This document shows, piece after piece, positions 37,080 to 48,744 of a stretch of DNA of 64,000 nucleotides (positions are counted from its first letter, which is position 1; each line of letters begins with the position of its first letter). Below the pieces are notes generated by a model. It made no database searches, was not told the origin of the DNA, and worked only from the letters and a program-made list of their open reading frames with translations. The position numbers were made by a program, and so were the translations under genes. Source of the stretch: Amphiscolops sp. MND2022 (taxonomy: Eukaryota); contig OZ076409.1 in assembly GCA_964187785.1 (NCBI GenBank), forward strand, positions 95,792,001-95,856,000, read 5' to 3'.

Positions 37080-38186
37080 ATGAAAGCTTTGATAGTGATG
37101 CTTCGTGCACAGTTTTTCCGTCCTCTTAATCGTTGTGTTTTCTGTCAAAATCTCAGCTCAACTTCAAGCTTCAAACGTTATCGATATGGGAGTCGATCGT
37201 TGCCGTCGAATTCAGACGAGAACCAAATTGAGTCGTGGGTACCCAAAAAAGGTGTACTCCAGGAGCTGAAAGTGCCTGGGAAAATTCGACCAACAACGTA
37301 TAGTGATAGACTTGTGAAACGCTTTTTCGATTTTCCGGATTCACCTATCAACGATGTGGTTTTGAATCTATTCATGGGAAAGTGTGTATATGACCATTGT
37401 TTTCCATACCATACGCATTATCAAAAAGAATATAAAGAGTTCAATCGAAAATTAATTTCTTTGTCGGACTATCTGACAAAAGAAGTCACTGGGCAATCTA
37501 GTGACGTGCTTTTTGACCGCTTGTCGAAGAGTGGAATGTTGGGAATCTTAACTGCGACTGAAGTCAGTGGAATGGACATCAACCAAAGAAGGGAGATCCT
37601 CCGTCTGAGTGAAACAATTATTGAATACACATATGACCTATCTTTCATTAGGACGTTTTTCATGATCAATTCTTTACAGCTCTGTATCAAAAAGTGCATA
37701 CCAAACATTGAAATCGCCGAAAATTTACAAAAATTGATTAATGAAGGAGTCAAATCCAATTGGGTTGTCTTCGAGAATGCTCAAATCGACAAACGCGAAA
37801 GCCATTGGATCGTTTCAACTAGCAAAGCTGCACCTTTTAGTACCCTGGACCCTGACATTAAAACTTCTGGACTTCTTTTATGCTTGATCAAAGATTCCTC
37901 TAATGATACCCAGCATGTTTTGATTGTGCCAACAACTGAAAAGGAAGGAATTGAATTTGACGACGATTCATCGGAAGTATGTTTGAGAGATTGTACTATC
38001 AGCTCATCCCTTGTGATTCCAAATGGTGACGAGTTCTTGAGAAAATTTCAAACTATGTTTCGTCTCATACAATCAGCTATGATAGCGGCATGGTTTAAAA
38101 AGGTGGCCAACCAAGTCATTTTGGAAACCAGTAGACGAAGAAGGTTTGGATACAGAATGAACAAGTTTCAAAATGTTATATTGCAG
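37080..38186 (+). CDS. ACAD9: ACAD9-like mitochondrial acyl-CoA dehydrogenase / complex I assembly factor, exon 1
   Basis: Arg-rich presequence-like N-terminus; VVLNLFMGK...FPY, LSKSGMLGI...EVSG, RRRFGYRMNKF; GT donor at 38187 (phase 0). Confidence 0.75.
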
Positions 38187-38271
38187 GTTAGATTTTTTTT
38201 GATAATCGATTTTATTTTTCAAACAGGTATGTTGCTTCAAGACATACTAACTTTTACTTCATGTGTTGCAG

Positions 38272-39096
38272 ATTGAAGAGGTTGAACAATTGTGCTACGT
38301 CATGGAAACATTGCCTTATTTCACTGCCTCCAGAATGGACAGGGCTGTCAATCTGTTCAAGCAGGAGCCCCCAGAAGCGCACGCCGAAGTATGTTCTGTC
38401 CATTTACAACTTGCCAGATTGTGTCGACAACTTAGCCAGAAATTACTTACTTTAGCTGGCCCGGATCTATTGTACGACCCAAGTTTTGTCACTCTTTCTG
38501 ACTACGTCGATAATTACGCCTTCAACGATGTGAAGTCATGCGAACGACTGATCGTTGAAGAAGGAATGAAGCTTTATCAGCAAAGTTTGGGTGACAAAAG
38601 TCTTCAAAGACCTCCCAGGCTTCGTTTGCGTCAATTCAAGTTCAACTATCTCCATAGTATCACTACCAAGCAGGTTGAAACCGCCATGTCGGATTGGTAC
38701 ATGTTATTTGTTCATCAAAACTTCCAAAACATCGCCAATGATGTCGATAAGCAAGTTTTTGGTTTGTTACGTCTTTTGAACGAGGCAAGAAATGCTTACC
38801 CGAAGAACTACGATAAAAACCCAAACGTGACAGCTATAGTGAAAGAAACTGTTCTTAACCTTCATACCATGATTGCTCTCATGGCTAGAGCGAGTCAGAG
38901 TATATTCAAAGGCAACCGTTACAGTCTTCATGAAAACAGAATGGTCGAGAAGTATTTATTAGATATGGTGTGTCGCAATGTTGCCAACAACAAAAAATGG
39001 ATCAGAAATGCACCTTTCGAAATATCCGCGAAAACAGCTGAACAGTTTAAAGAAAATAATGACATCTTTCACTGGACTAAATATTCTTTGAACTGA
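38272..39096 (+). CDS. ACAD9: ACAD9-like, exon 2 (spliced product about 643 aa)
   Basis: 85-bp GT-AG intron 38187-38271 keeps frame; CYVMETLPYFTASRMD and VLNLHTMIALMARASQSI..G.....HE match the ACAD9/ACADVL C-terminal patterns. Confidence 0.75.
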   Translation: MEEVEQLCYVMETLPYFTASRMDRAVNLFKQEPPEAHAEVCSVHLQLARLCRQLSQKLLTLAGPDLLYDPSFVTLSDYVDNYAFNDVKSCERLIVEEGMKLYQQSLGDKSLQRPPRLRLRQFKFNYLHSITTKQVETAMSDWYMLFVHQNFQNIANDVDKQVFGLLRLLNEARNAYPKNYDKNPNVTAIVKETVLNLHTMIALMARASQSIFKGNRYSLHENRMVEKYLLDMVCRNVANNKKWIRNAPFEISAKTAEQFKENNDIFHWTKYSLN

Positions 39097-39228
39097 AAAT
39101 TCTTTATTGAGCCATTTTAAATGTTATCAATTTCATCATTTTCAGCTTGAATAGAACAATTTCCTCGGAAAATGTAACGTAATTCGTTTTCTTTTCACCT
39201 TTCTTATTGTTAGGAGAATTTATATCAG

Positions 39229-39235
39229 TTTTCAG
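39229..39235 (+). promoter_or_regulatory. Candidate trans-splice acceptor TTTTCAG, 5 nt upstream of the SPTLC1 ATG
   Basis: Preceded by a U-rich tract (39183-39211) within a 144-bp intergenic gap; a similar TTTTTTCAG lies at 37026-37034 before ACAD9. Confidence 0.5.
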
Positions 39236-39240
39236 AAACT

Positions 39241-39419
39241 ATGGAGAGTTTGGTGAAAAACTTCACGTCTTTTCTGAAGATCTTGGGCAGCTCCACGCCT
39301 ATTCATTCTCCCTGGTTCTTCGGTGATTTGCTAGAAGCTGTCAAAAATGCGCCAACGTATCATGTAATTCTAGAAGTTCTCTTGGTAGCTCTCGTGCTGC
39401 GACTTTGGTTTTACAGCAG
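39241..39419 (+). CDS. SPTLC1: Serine palmitoyltransferase 1 (LCB1), exon 1
   Basis: APTYHVILEVLLVALVLRLWF transmembrane segment as in SPTLC1; GT donor at 39420, phase 2. Confidence 0.88.
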
Positions 39420-40800
39420 GTTTGTTTTACGACAGAATATTAAATTAAACCAACATGCTTTCCCTGTTGTCTGCAGAAAAATGTTAATCGGTTACCAAAA
39501 TGTTCGATTTTCAGTTTCATTTACAAATAACAACTGCAATTTTGTGTGACGAAAGTTCGCTTTTTTAAATCACGATTTTTTGGTAGCCATATTTGGAAAA
39601 CCAGTCAGTTATAGTCAGTTAAACTGATTAATATTAGATGATATTGGTACGGCCTCAAATAGTTCAAATTTTTGAATGCGACAGACTCAAGGTCGGCCGC
39701 ATAATGGAATGCTAAAAAGGAAAAAAAAACATTGAAAAAGTTACATTGCATTTTTTAATTTTGTATTTTAAAATTTTTAGGTAGCAACGGATGGTCGAGA
39801 TTTTTCCGGGTTTTTTTTCGAACGAAGAGAAAAATTTTATTCCTCTACATTCAATCATTGACATAAATTCAATGGATCCATTAAAAGCCTTGCTGCACGG
39901 AGGATTTCTAAAAATGAAGTTATAGTTTTTGGAATTGACGCAAGTGTATCGGAAGCCCAAGTAGTGTCAATAAGACATTTTTTGCTTTTCTTCACAGTTG
40001 AGGCAAAATCGGTACTCAAGTTACAAGGTTAACAAGAAAAGGTTATAAGAGTGTTGTAATATGGTAACATTACCAAAAAATTTTTTCGAAAACTTTTCTG
40101 TACTTAAAACTACAATCTGACACAGCATTCGTTCAAGAATAATTCAAGAGGATTTCTTTAATGATTGTAATATAATCAACTCTGATTAATTCGTATCCGG
40201 ATAATTCGGATCTTCGTTTAATTCGTATGTATCTGAGACCCCATTTCGCGACGACCGAAGTAATATCGTTCGGTTAATTCGTATTTCTTATTGTTCGCAC
40301 TATTTTGTTCGTGTCCCTAGTGATACGAAATAGGCGAATTTAACTACTGAAGTTTAATAAAAAGTGTTTTCTTTCTACAGGCCAGAAACTGAGAATCAAA
40401 TCAAAGCTGACTCAAAAACAGTAGGCATCAAAGTTTAATTGCTAATTGGGTAATTAAGGCGAGACGCTTTTGTATAATTACGATATGGTGTGAAATGAAG
40501 ATGGGGTGAAATAACATGGGGTAAAGTGACATGGGGTGAAATGAACACACACCCTTTGACAGAGCTACTCCTTCCAGGAGTAGACCGTCTTGACTGATTA
40601 ACGCTGAATGACCATTTTACGGATTAAACAGATTACGCTGCTAGACTGAAATCCACTTTACCGGGCGCGGCAACTCATAGTTTGTAATTCATCAGCTGGT
40701 GAAGTTTGAAAAGATTTGGTTCGAAGCGCTTTGTATTTGGGCGCTTATGACTGTGAAAAATGGGCGCTTTTGTCTGTACACGGTTTAATTGCGATTGCAG

Positions 40801-41076
40801 CTACAAAATAGAGAGGGAAGAGCTGTCGGAAGAGGAGCAGGACCAGCTGATTCGGGACTGGGAGCCAGAGCCCCTGGTGCAGCACATCCAGCCAGACCAG
40901 TGCAGCCAGGGGGTGGTCAGCAACTACGGCAACGACCCCAGCAGCAGCAGCGGCTCCTTTCTGGACGTGAACCAGAACATCATCTCGGGGCCAGTGGGCA
41001 AGTACACGTGCATCAACGACGTCCAGTGTCTGGATGTGGCCTCCTTCAACTTTCTCGGAATCATTGGCGACAAAAG
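40801..41076 (+). CDS. SPTLC1: SPTLC1 exon 2
   Basis: YKIEREELSEEEQDQLIRDWEPEPLV...ASFNFLG; AG at 40799-40800, GT at 41077. Confidence 0.93.
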
Positions 41077-41091
41077 GTTATTGTCACACTA

Positions 41092-41329
41092 GTTATTATT
41101 TTCCGCCCACATATAATGGGGGGGGGGGAGAGTCATAATCTATGTTGCATTTTTTTTCAAATTCTGTCAAATCTTCACTTTATTACTCCATTTAGTTAGT
41201 AAATTCTAGTCACCATGGCGCAGTTGGTAGTGCGTCTGCCAGGCAGACACGAGGTGTCGTGGGTTCGAACCCGTGCTGATGCGTTACATTTTTAGCGAAA
41301 AATATCCGGTGCTTAGCGGGTGTCTTGTT
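41092..41329 (+). mobile_element. Small Helentron-like element with a tRNA-like core (second copy at 53136-53370, minus)
   Basis: Subterminal TTTTCCGC/GCG.AAAA, 3' hairpin followed by CTTGTT; A box TGGCGCAGTTGG and B box GGTTCGAACCC at about 41209-41282. Confidence 0.6.
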
Positions 41330-42159
41330 AACTAATCTAGCTTAATCACTAATTTCATTTCAGTAATATGTAAATAAATACGTCTCTTCTAAAAACGCCA
41401 CTAGGTCTCTTCAGGGTTCTTCTCGTCAGTTTAAATGTCGCACCAGAATTAAACACCAGAGAGACAAAGAGAAGTATCGCTCTACTAGTGAACACGTTAC
41501 ATGCAGTTACTAAAGCTCCTGCACATCTATGAGATTCGGTTAAACAAACTAAACTTTTGAAGTTTTGAATTTTTTGAACGAATGAAAATGTTCTCATTTC
41601 TGTGTTTAAAACTCAAACTTCCTTCAACTTCCTAGAAATCATTGGCGACAAAAGGTTATTACCTCCTTTGGTATATTAGCTAGCTGATAATATTTGTTTA
41701 AATTGTTAGTTTTTTTCGTTTTTTGCCTTTAAGTTTATCATTTTTTAGGTACACTACCTTTAGTAATTAATAAAATTTTGCTTCTAATACATACTAAAGG
41801 AATTTTGTGTTTTCGTTTTTTTAGATGCTATACGGTTAACTTTTCTTCTCAGGATAGCACACTAATACATACATTGAAAAATCAAATAAATATTTTCTCG
41901 TTTTGTTTCCGGAAATAGAGAAGCAGTGATGTACATTTGAACTATTTCTTTAACCATTGGTTAACCGAATTGGTTAATAACGAATTGGTTAAAAAATGGT
42001 TTGTCGAACGTTAACCATTAACCAATCTGTTGACCAGATTCGGTTAAAAACCTAGTTTTTAAACAATTTTGAAAATAAAATTTTCTCATTTCTGTGTTGA
42101 AACTCAAAGTCCCAAACACAAAATTCAGAAATGGTTTAGGAGTTCAAGTAAGGCCAGGC

Positions 42160-42690
42160 AGTCATGCCTAGTTTCCGCGCCTTTTCTGAACTCCCAACCA
42201 CTCATCCGATTGTGTTTTCAAGAACTTTGAGGAAATGGCCATAAAAATAAACCCCAATGCGCCGCTTTAAACCGAAATACGATAAGATTTTTCATAGGAG
42301 GTTGGAGAGAACCACAAAAATCTTACAATTTCTTTCTAAGGCTTTTTTCTGTGCCCCGCCCCGCCATTGAAACTTAAAGAAAACTTCAAAAGGACATTTT
42401 CAAAAAAATATTTAAACTGCCGTTAAAAAAATTCTATTGATTTGCGTAGTTGATTTTTTTTCAAAGAAGGGGTTAGCAGCACTTCGCTGTTCGCTTTCCC
42501 TCTAAAGACGCCACTGATGATCGGTGGTAAAGAAAATGGATTTGACACAGTTTTATGCTCATGAAATCCCACAAATCTACTGAATCTATGGAAATATTTA
42601 GATTTCAAAAATGATCAACCGTTTTCGAAATATCGTGCTCGAAGGGTAAAATTTTGTCGATTTACATGTACAGTGGATCCCGGATTAAAA
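42160..42690 (-). repeat. Interspersed repeat, inverted copy of 59870-60320
   Basis: Near-identical sequence; both give the same spurious peptide MKSKYFHRFSRFVGFHEHKTV. Confidence 0.85.
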
Positions 42691-42770
42691 AAACTCGCTT
42701 ATTAGAAGTACCCGCTTGTAGTCAATGCGTATCTTGGCACCGACTGTCAATTTCTTTCCTTTTAAAACCC

Positions 42771-42932
42771 GGAGGAGCATGACGTAGTGGTAAGAGCATT
42801 CGGCATGTACTGGGGCGGTAGCAGGTTCGAATCTCTCAAATCTATGCGGCTCTAGTTTCTAATGATTAGAAACCAGAGCCGCATAGATTTGAGAGATTCG
42901 AACCTGCTACCGCCCCAGTACATGATGTTTTT
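42771..42932 (+). ncRNA. tRNA-headed long hairpin (candidate Pol III shRNA-like unit)
   Basis: A box TGACGTAGTGG, B box GGTTCGAATC; 60-bp inverted arms at 42804-42924 with 1 mismatch; T5 at 42928-42932. Confidence 0.4.
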
Positions 42933-43337
42933 ATCGAAGCGGGGTCACTGAAGCAGAGAACGAGGTCCAGCACGGCTCCACCCACCCCCCCTCGATTTTC
43001 ACTAGAAACGAAACGTTGCGAGCATAAAGGGCTCATCGGGGTTTTCGGCACTATTTTTTCGAAAATATAAATTTTTTGGAAAGGTTTTATGTCTCGAAAG
43101 ATGTTTTTTTTGTTTCCAGTTGGGGAAAAATGGATTACGAGTCTGATGCGTATCTCTTCGTGTATTTTTGGCGCTGTAAAATTGATGAAGTTTTAACAAC
43201 CTTTGTCCTTTTACCTTTGGTTCTCCGTATGATTTAGCGTATTTGGTTTTCTCTTGGAAAATTCGCAACTTTGTTCTCAAGTGTTTGCGAAACACGGCTT
43301 CGCCTCCGTGTATAAAAAGGGTATCTGTTTGCTCCAG

Positions 43338-43582
43338 AGTGGAAGAAGTGTCTCTGGCTGCCCTGAACAAGTACGGAGTGGGTTCTTGTGGCCCCCGGGG
43401 TTTCTATGGCACGATCGACGCCCATTTGGAGCTGGAGAAACGCATCGCACACTTCATGAAGGTGGAAGAGGCCATCATTTACTCCTACGGCTTTTCCACT
43501 GTCGCATCCGCCATTGCTGCTTATGCAAAGAAGGGCGATATTCTGTACGTCGATGAAGCCGTCAATTTCGCCATTCAACAAG
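43338..43582 (+). CDS. SPTLC1: SPTLC1 exon 3
   Basis: [23 protein letters not shown]...[24 protein letters not shown] boundaries in frame. Confidence 0.96.
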
Positions 43583-43594
43583 GTACGTCTCAAT

Positions 43595-43955
43595 CAGAGT
43601 TTTGACACCGCTAATCAGCGATTTAGCGAATTAGCGGCTGCGCGGGAATTTTTCAGCGATTTCATTAGCGATTCAAATTAGCGGTAACTAACAGACTCTC
43701 CAAATTCAAAATTTCTTCTGTGTATAGATGGTGTTTCAAAATGAATTTCGGAAAAATTCCAACTCTTACCCTTGTAAAACACGCACAGTATAAAAAATTC
43801 TAGTCTTTTTTCTTCCAAAAACCGAATAAGTTATTTTGAAACATAGTTGAAGCTAAACAATTAATAGTTTGCAGAAAAAGCTTTTCAGCGAAATAGCGAT
43901 TTTAAAATTAGCGGTTTAGCGATTAGCGGAAGAAATTAGCGATGTCAAAACCCTG
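43595..43955. mobile_element. hAT-like MITE
   Basis: TIR CAG(A/G)GTTTTGACA; 8-bp TSD GTCTCAAT (43587-43594, 43956-43963); TTAGCG subterminal repeats; truncated relative at about 63030-63320. Confidence 0.88.
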
Positions 43956-44726
43956 GTCTCAATCTGAATTGTTACTTCACTCTAACTGACATGGGCGTTT
44001 TTGCGAATGTTCGAAAAATGTGATCAAAAATTGTAAATCATTAATATCTCCACAACTGCGCATACCAGAGAAATGAACTATAATGCGTTTGAAAGGTCTG
44101 GTATCGGGCTTTCATTTTGGTTAGGTGAGCCCCTGTCGCCGCGCGCCCCATTCTTGAGAATTTTAGTTTCATTTTCCGGTATCGCCGTTGCGCGGAGACT
44201 TATATTAACAACAGAAGCTTATTGGGGTTTGAAGGGTATGGGGGAACAATTGCTTGTGTTCTGTGGGTCAATTACTTTTGAGAAAAGTGGAATTTTGGAA
44301 AAGTATAACCGAATGAATTGTTGAAAAAAACTGTGCTAGAGAATGTGGCCTACTGGTAAAATGAATGAAGTTGAGTATAAAGGTAGGATGTTCCAAAGTA
44401 CGTGTAAGTTAATTATGAATAAGGGAACCGTGCACACTCAGTACTCGTAGCAAGAAAGCGGCATAGGGCCGGTATAAGAAAGAAACTACTAAAACAGCTC
44501 ATGAAGGGGCCGGTCTGGGATGAGCTGCAAGCTACACCCCTCCAAACTTACCTTTGAATCTGAATGATATGAAGAGTTTATAGAATCTAGAATATCAAGC
44601 ATGTTATCATTTCTGCGATAGCAGGAATAGTATTGAAACTTTTTTGGGATTCAAATTAGCGGCAAATATGGACTCAAACAAATAAAATACATTATTTTTA
44701 ATGTTCAATAATTCTTCAAATTTGCA

Positions 44727-44890
44727 ATGTTTACTAGCACTCCTAATATTGCAGAGCGTCTCTTCGGTCGTGCAAAGCTCACACTTGATGATCAAAGAAA
44801 ACGAGTGTTGCCACAATGCATTTCGATCAACAATTCTTCCTATTTACTAACAAACGTTTATGGAACATTGAAAATGTTGATAAGGTTGAT
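44727..44890 (+). pseudogene. hAT transposase C-terminal dimerisation domain remnant
   Basis: NIAERLFGRAKLTLDDQRKRVLP / MHFDQQFFLFTNKRLW resembles the hATC ERLFS...R..L.P motif. Confidence 0.65.
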
Positions 44891-46026
44891 GGTAAAATTC
44901 AGGGTTGTCAAAAAAACGTTTTTTATCTAAGAAAACAATTATACATGTTTTTTATCGAAAAAAAACCAGTTTTTTTGTATTTTATGTTTTTTTATTTTTC
45001 AGCGACACATAGAACATAAGCATCACAAAATGAAGCAATTCATTCAAGCTGAGTTCAGTTGCCGGTAGAGGAAGGCCATTTTGCCGGCTTTTTGGGCGTC
45101 CAAATTGCTTCGAAGCTTGTGGGTCCCCTGTTGTGTCAACGGTTTCTATTAACATTCAATTTTTTTTAAAAAAGCCAAATTTAGTTTTCTTTTCGACCAT
45201 TTCAACCTGAAAAAGATAATTGCACGTAAATTGTTTTAAACAATGTTTTTTATGGGTGTTTTAAAACATGTTTTATTGGTATGTGTTTTAAAACATGTTT
45301 TAAAACATGACAACCTTGGTAAAATTGGATGAATATACTGTTTTTCCAATGAAAATACCAATTGTTTGAGGGAGGCATATTCATAAAAGTATTTTTCTTC
45401 CAAAATATATTTAAGTATATTTTTACAACCCTGCTGTGTGATAGGCAGTGATGACCAATTTAACAAACTATTTAACTAACCATTGGTTTAACAGATCTGT
45501 TAAATAAATGATTTGTTAAATGCATTTAATCATTAACAGATCTATTAAACCAAATTGGTTAAATTTGGGTTGTTTTCAATAGATTTATTAGTGATGTTAG
45601 ATACACTGAATTCACATTGTAAATTCAGGCATCAAGGCAATGACTTTCACTTTCAGATAATTGTGGTTAATTCGATTTGAGACTCTGGGTATTTTGTGCT
45701 GGAATCCCAACCACTCATCAATTAGTGTTATGAGAAACTTGGGTGAAAATTCTCATTATAGTTCAGATTATTAATTTGTTGAATAATCGGTTACATAGTC
45801 ATAAAGTTGAAAAATCTGTTAAACTAATGCTGTTTAAAAAAACCAAGGTGGTTGTTAAGTTGTTTTATTCATAAATAAAACAACGAAAAAAAAACACGAA
45901 TAAAACATTTTTTAAAAAAACATTGTTTTTTAAAATGTTTTCCTTTAGTGGTGACGAAAAATTTCCTTAATAAAAGAGCAAATTGAGGGGTGGAATTCAC
46001 AACAAGACATGCTGGATTATTTTGTT

Positions 46027-46507
46027 AACAAGACGAGAAAGTCTCAAGTCGGCGCTATATCTAAGGCTCAAAAAGCGCAAAACATTTTTTTGGAAAAAAA
46101 CTTGAAATTTTCGAAAAAAAATTTCTTTCGGAAAATGTCGCACAGTGCCGAAAAATGTAAAAGGGGAGACCCTTTTTGATTTATAAACACGCATTCTGTA
46201 GCAAAATAACAAAAAACTCAAAGGGGGGACCCTTTGGGGATATTTAAAAAATTTCGAAAAAAACTCGCACAGTGCCGAGAAAAAATCGAAAGGGAAAAAC
46301 CCTTTAGTCCCGTCCGGGCTTGTAGGTAACGTTTAAAAAGTAAATGAATGCGCTCCCCGTTTGCCTTTACCGGTCCAGTAGTTTAGTACTGTATTTAGTA
46401 GTTGAACGTTAATTTTAACGTTCGTCGCTTCGAGTCTGTCTTAAATAAAAAAAAACGAGTGACTGTAATAGTCGGGCTCTTTTCTTAAGAAAAGCGCCGA
46501 CTAAAAA
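46027..46507 (-). mobile_element. Helentron/HINE family A copy
   Basis: Minus-strand ends TTTTAGTCGGCGCT ... GCGCCGACTTG...CTTGTT; internal AAAGGGG.GACCCTTT repeats. Confidence 0.7.
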
Positions 46508-46832
46508 CTGGATGGAAATTGTATGTATTGTGTCTACTCTTCTTCCCAGAAATGACAAATTGTACCGTTATGTGGAAAATATACATAGCAATAAAACAAA
46601 AAAGCGTTCTCCATAAACATTGTTTGTACATAATAGGCACATTTGGGCAAAATGCGGGAAAAAAACAATAAAATACAAAAAAACAGTATATTTCGGAAAA
46701 AAACATGTTTAAAACACTTTTCGTTTAAAAAACTGCATAATTAACAACCCTGAAAAAGAAACTCATTGATTAAATGATTAACCAATGGTTATAAAAGTTA
46801 TAAAAGTGTTATACATCATCACTGTGTGGCAG

Positions 46833-47096
46833 GTATCAGAGCGTCTCGGTCGAAAGTGAAGTGGTTCAAACACAACGACATGGATGACCTGGAGCGCCTG
46901 CTGAAGGAGCAAGCAGTGGAGGACGTGAAGAACCCCAAGAAGGCCAAGGTCACGCGCACATTCATGGTGGTCGAGGGGCTGTTCCTCAACAGGGGCACCC
47001 TTTGCAACCTGCCCAAGCTGATAGACTTCAAGTATGCTTACAGAACCAGACTGCTGGTCGATGAGTCATACTCGTTCGCAACTATCGGAGCAACAG
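46833..47096 (+). CDS. SPTLC1: SPTLC1 exon 4
   Basis: [21 protein letters not shown]...[10 protein letters not shown]...[11 protein letters not shown]; frame consistent. Confidence 0.96.
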
Positions 47097-47155
47097 GTAC
47101 TGACTGACTAACTGACTCACTGACTGACTAACCATCATCTTAACCTCTTTTAGTG

Positions 47156-47544
47156 GGTATGCGGAAAACTCGTCGAGAAAACAACTCGTCGAAATCAAAG
47201 AGCGGAAATCTGGTCGAAAATGAACTCGTCGAATAATAATTGAGAGCAAACTCGTCGAATGATTACAGATTACAAATAGGGATTATCCAGTGCTAATTAT
47301 GGATTAATTTTCTTAATTGATGCGTGAAAATTTCAGTTTTACGTATAATATAGCTTTTTATATAATAGCTTGAAATATTTCACTTTTATAGTTAACAGTG
47401 TAATACTTCATAATAAGACCCAATAACGCAGGACAATCACAAAGTTAGCGCTATATTTGTCTCGAGAATATTTTAGGTTCTTGCGACGAGTTTTCCGCCA
47501 GAGAATTTTCGGTGAATTGCTTTTCGACGAGTTTTCCTAGATTC
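47156..47544. mobile_element. MITE with AACTCGTCGA subterminal repeats
   Basis: TIR GGAAAACTCGTCGA; flanks CTTTTAGTG / TTTTTAGTG. Confidence 0.75.
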
Positions 47545-47758
47545 TTTTTAGTGGACTCGCTATGATTTGTTTATTACTCGCTTCTTGAATTAATCTCATC
47601 GAAACTTCCTCGCGAGAAAAAGGTCGAGGGCTTCTAAACGCAAAAATATAAACTTCTTATTTCTGGTGGTAAATCGGTTACCAGACAAAAGCGCCCAAAA
47701 TACGCAGTCAAAAGCGCTCCAGTCATAAGCGCCCCAATCAAAGACGACAGAGGATTTG

Positions 47759-48744
47759 GATTACATGACATTTTGTCCTATGCAATTTCAACCTATACAA
47801 TTTCAACCTATTGCGTTTTTATTATTTCTGCGATAGCAGGAATATTATTGAAATCTCAAGATGTCTACTTTTTTTTCAGTCGCACTTTTTTTTCTTCGCA
47901 CGATACTGAATAATTCAGACATTTGTTCGGCAGTGACTGTAAGCGTGATAATTGAATCAAGCTGCCGACGACATTTCAATACTCGTGCGATGAAACGAGG
48001 GAGTGGTAATTATGCATTCGTACGTTGACGTCATTGAGATGAAGCGAATAAGTGTTAATTATTCGTTCTCGGAGAGCTTCGCCTGCATTCAAATGCGAAT
48101 GCGAAACTTCGTCTACGCTTAGTAGTTATATTTTTTTAGTCCGAAAAGAATTAAAGGCGGTGTGAACTTGTACAGTGATTAATTGTGCGCTAAATAATGA
48201 TTGAACAGTGTATTAGTATTCCAGATAGGATTCTATTATTTTAAAAAAACAGTGAATTATACCTTTGTTATTAAAACAAAATCATCTTGGTTTTAAAACA
48301 AAGCAGTGTAATAATATTAATGAAAGTTTAAAGCAGAAATAGTAATGTGACCCCTAGGGGCCTATTTTCAACATTCCGCATTTCGACCTATGCTATTTTT
48401 GGAAAATTACTCCTATTTCGACCTATGCTATTTTTGGAAAATTACTCCTATTTCGGTTGAGTTATTATTTATAACTATTGTTTTGGTACAATAGTTAGTA
48501 ATGAAACAAACAGCTTTAATTATTGGTGATTATTCATGAAGCCAAAACGTATCAAGACTGGCGTAATGTCAGCACATTTGAATACAGAAATGTGTGAAAA
48601 TAAAAACCACCTAGAAGAATTACATACCTGAGGTAATTATCCATTAGCCGAAATTAGTTTCGGTCGAAATTTCGGAAGGTTTAAATTGCAATAGGTTGAA
48701 ATTGTGAGCGGTTGAAATTGCATAGGATGAAATGTCTTGTCACC
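47759..48744. mobile_element. MITE with CAATTTCAACC repeats, containing a nested HINE family B copy (about 47822-48368)
   Basis: 8-bp TSD AGGATTTG (47751-47758, 48745-48752); 24-bp imperfect TIRs. Confidence 0.82.

Noticed and set aside
38187..38276. Read-through of ORF 37077-38276, or ACAD9 as two genes
   Set aside because: An 85-bp GT-AG intron joins both ORFs in frame and restores the ACAD9 motif continuity.
40789..41199. Alternative-frame Gln/Gly-rich ORF overlapping SPTLC1 exon 2
   Set aside because: Shadow ORF of a GC3-rich exon.
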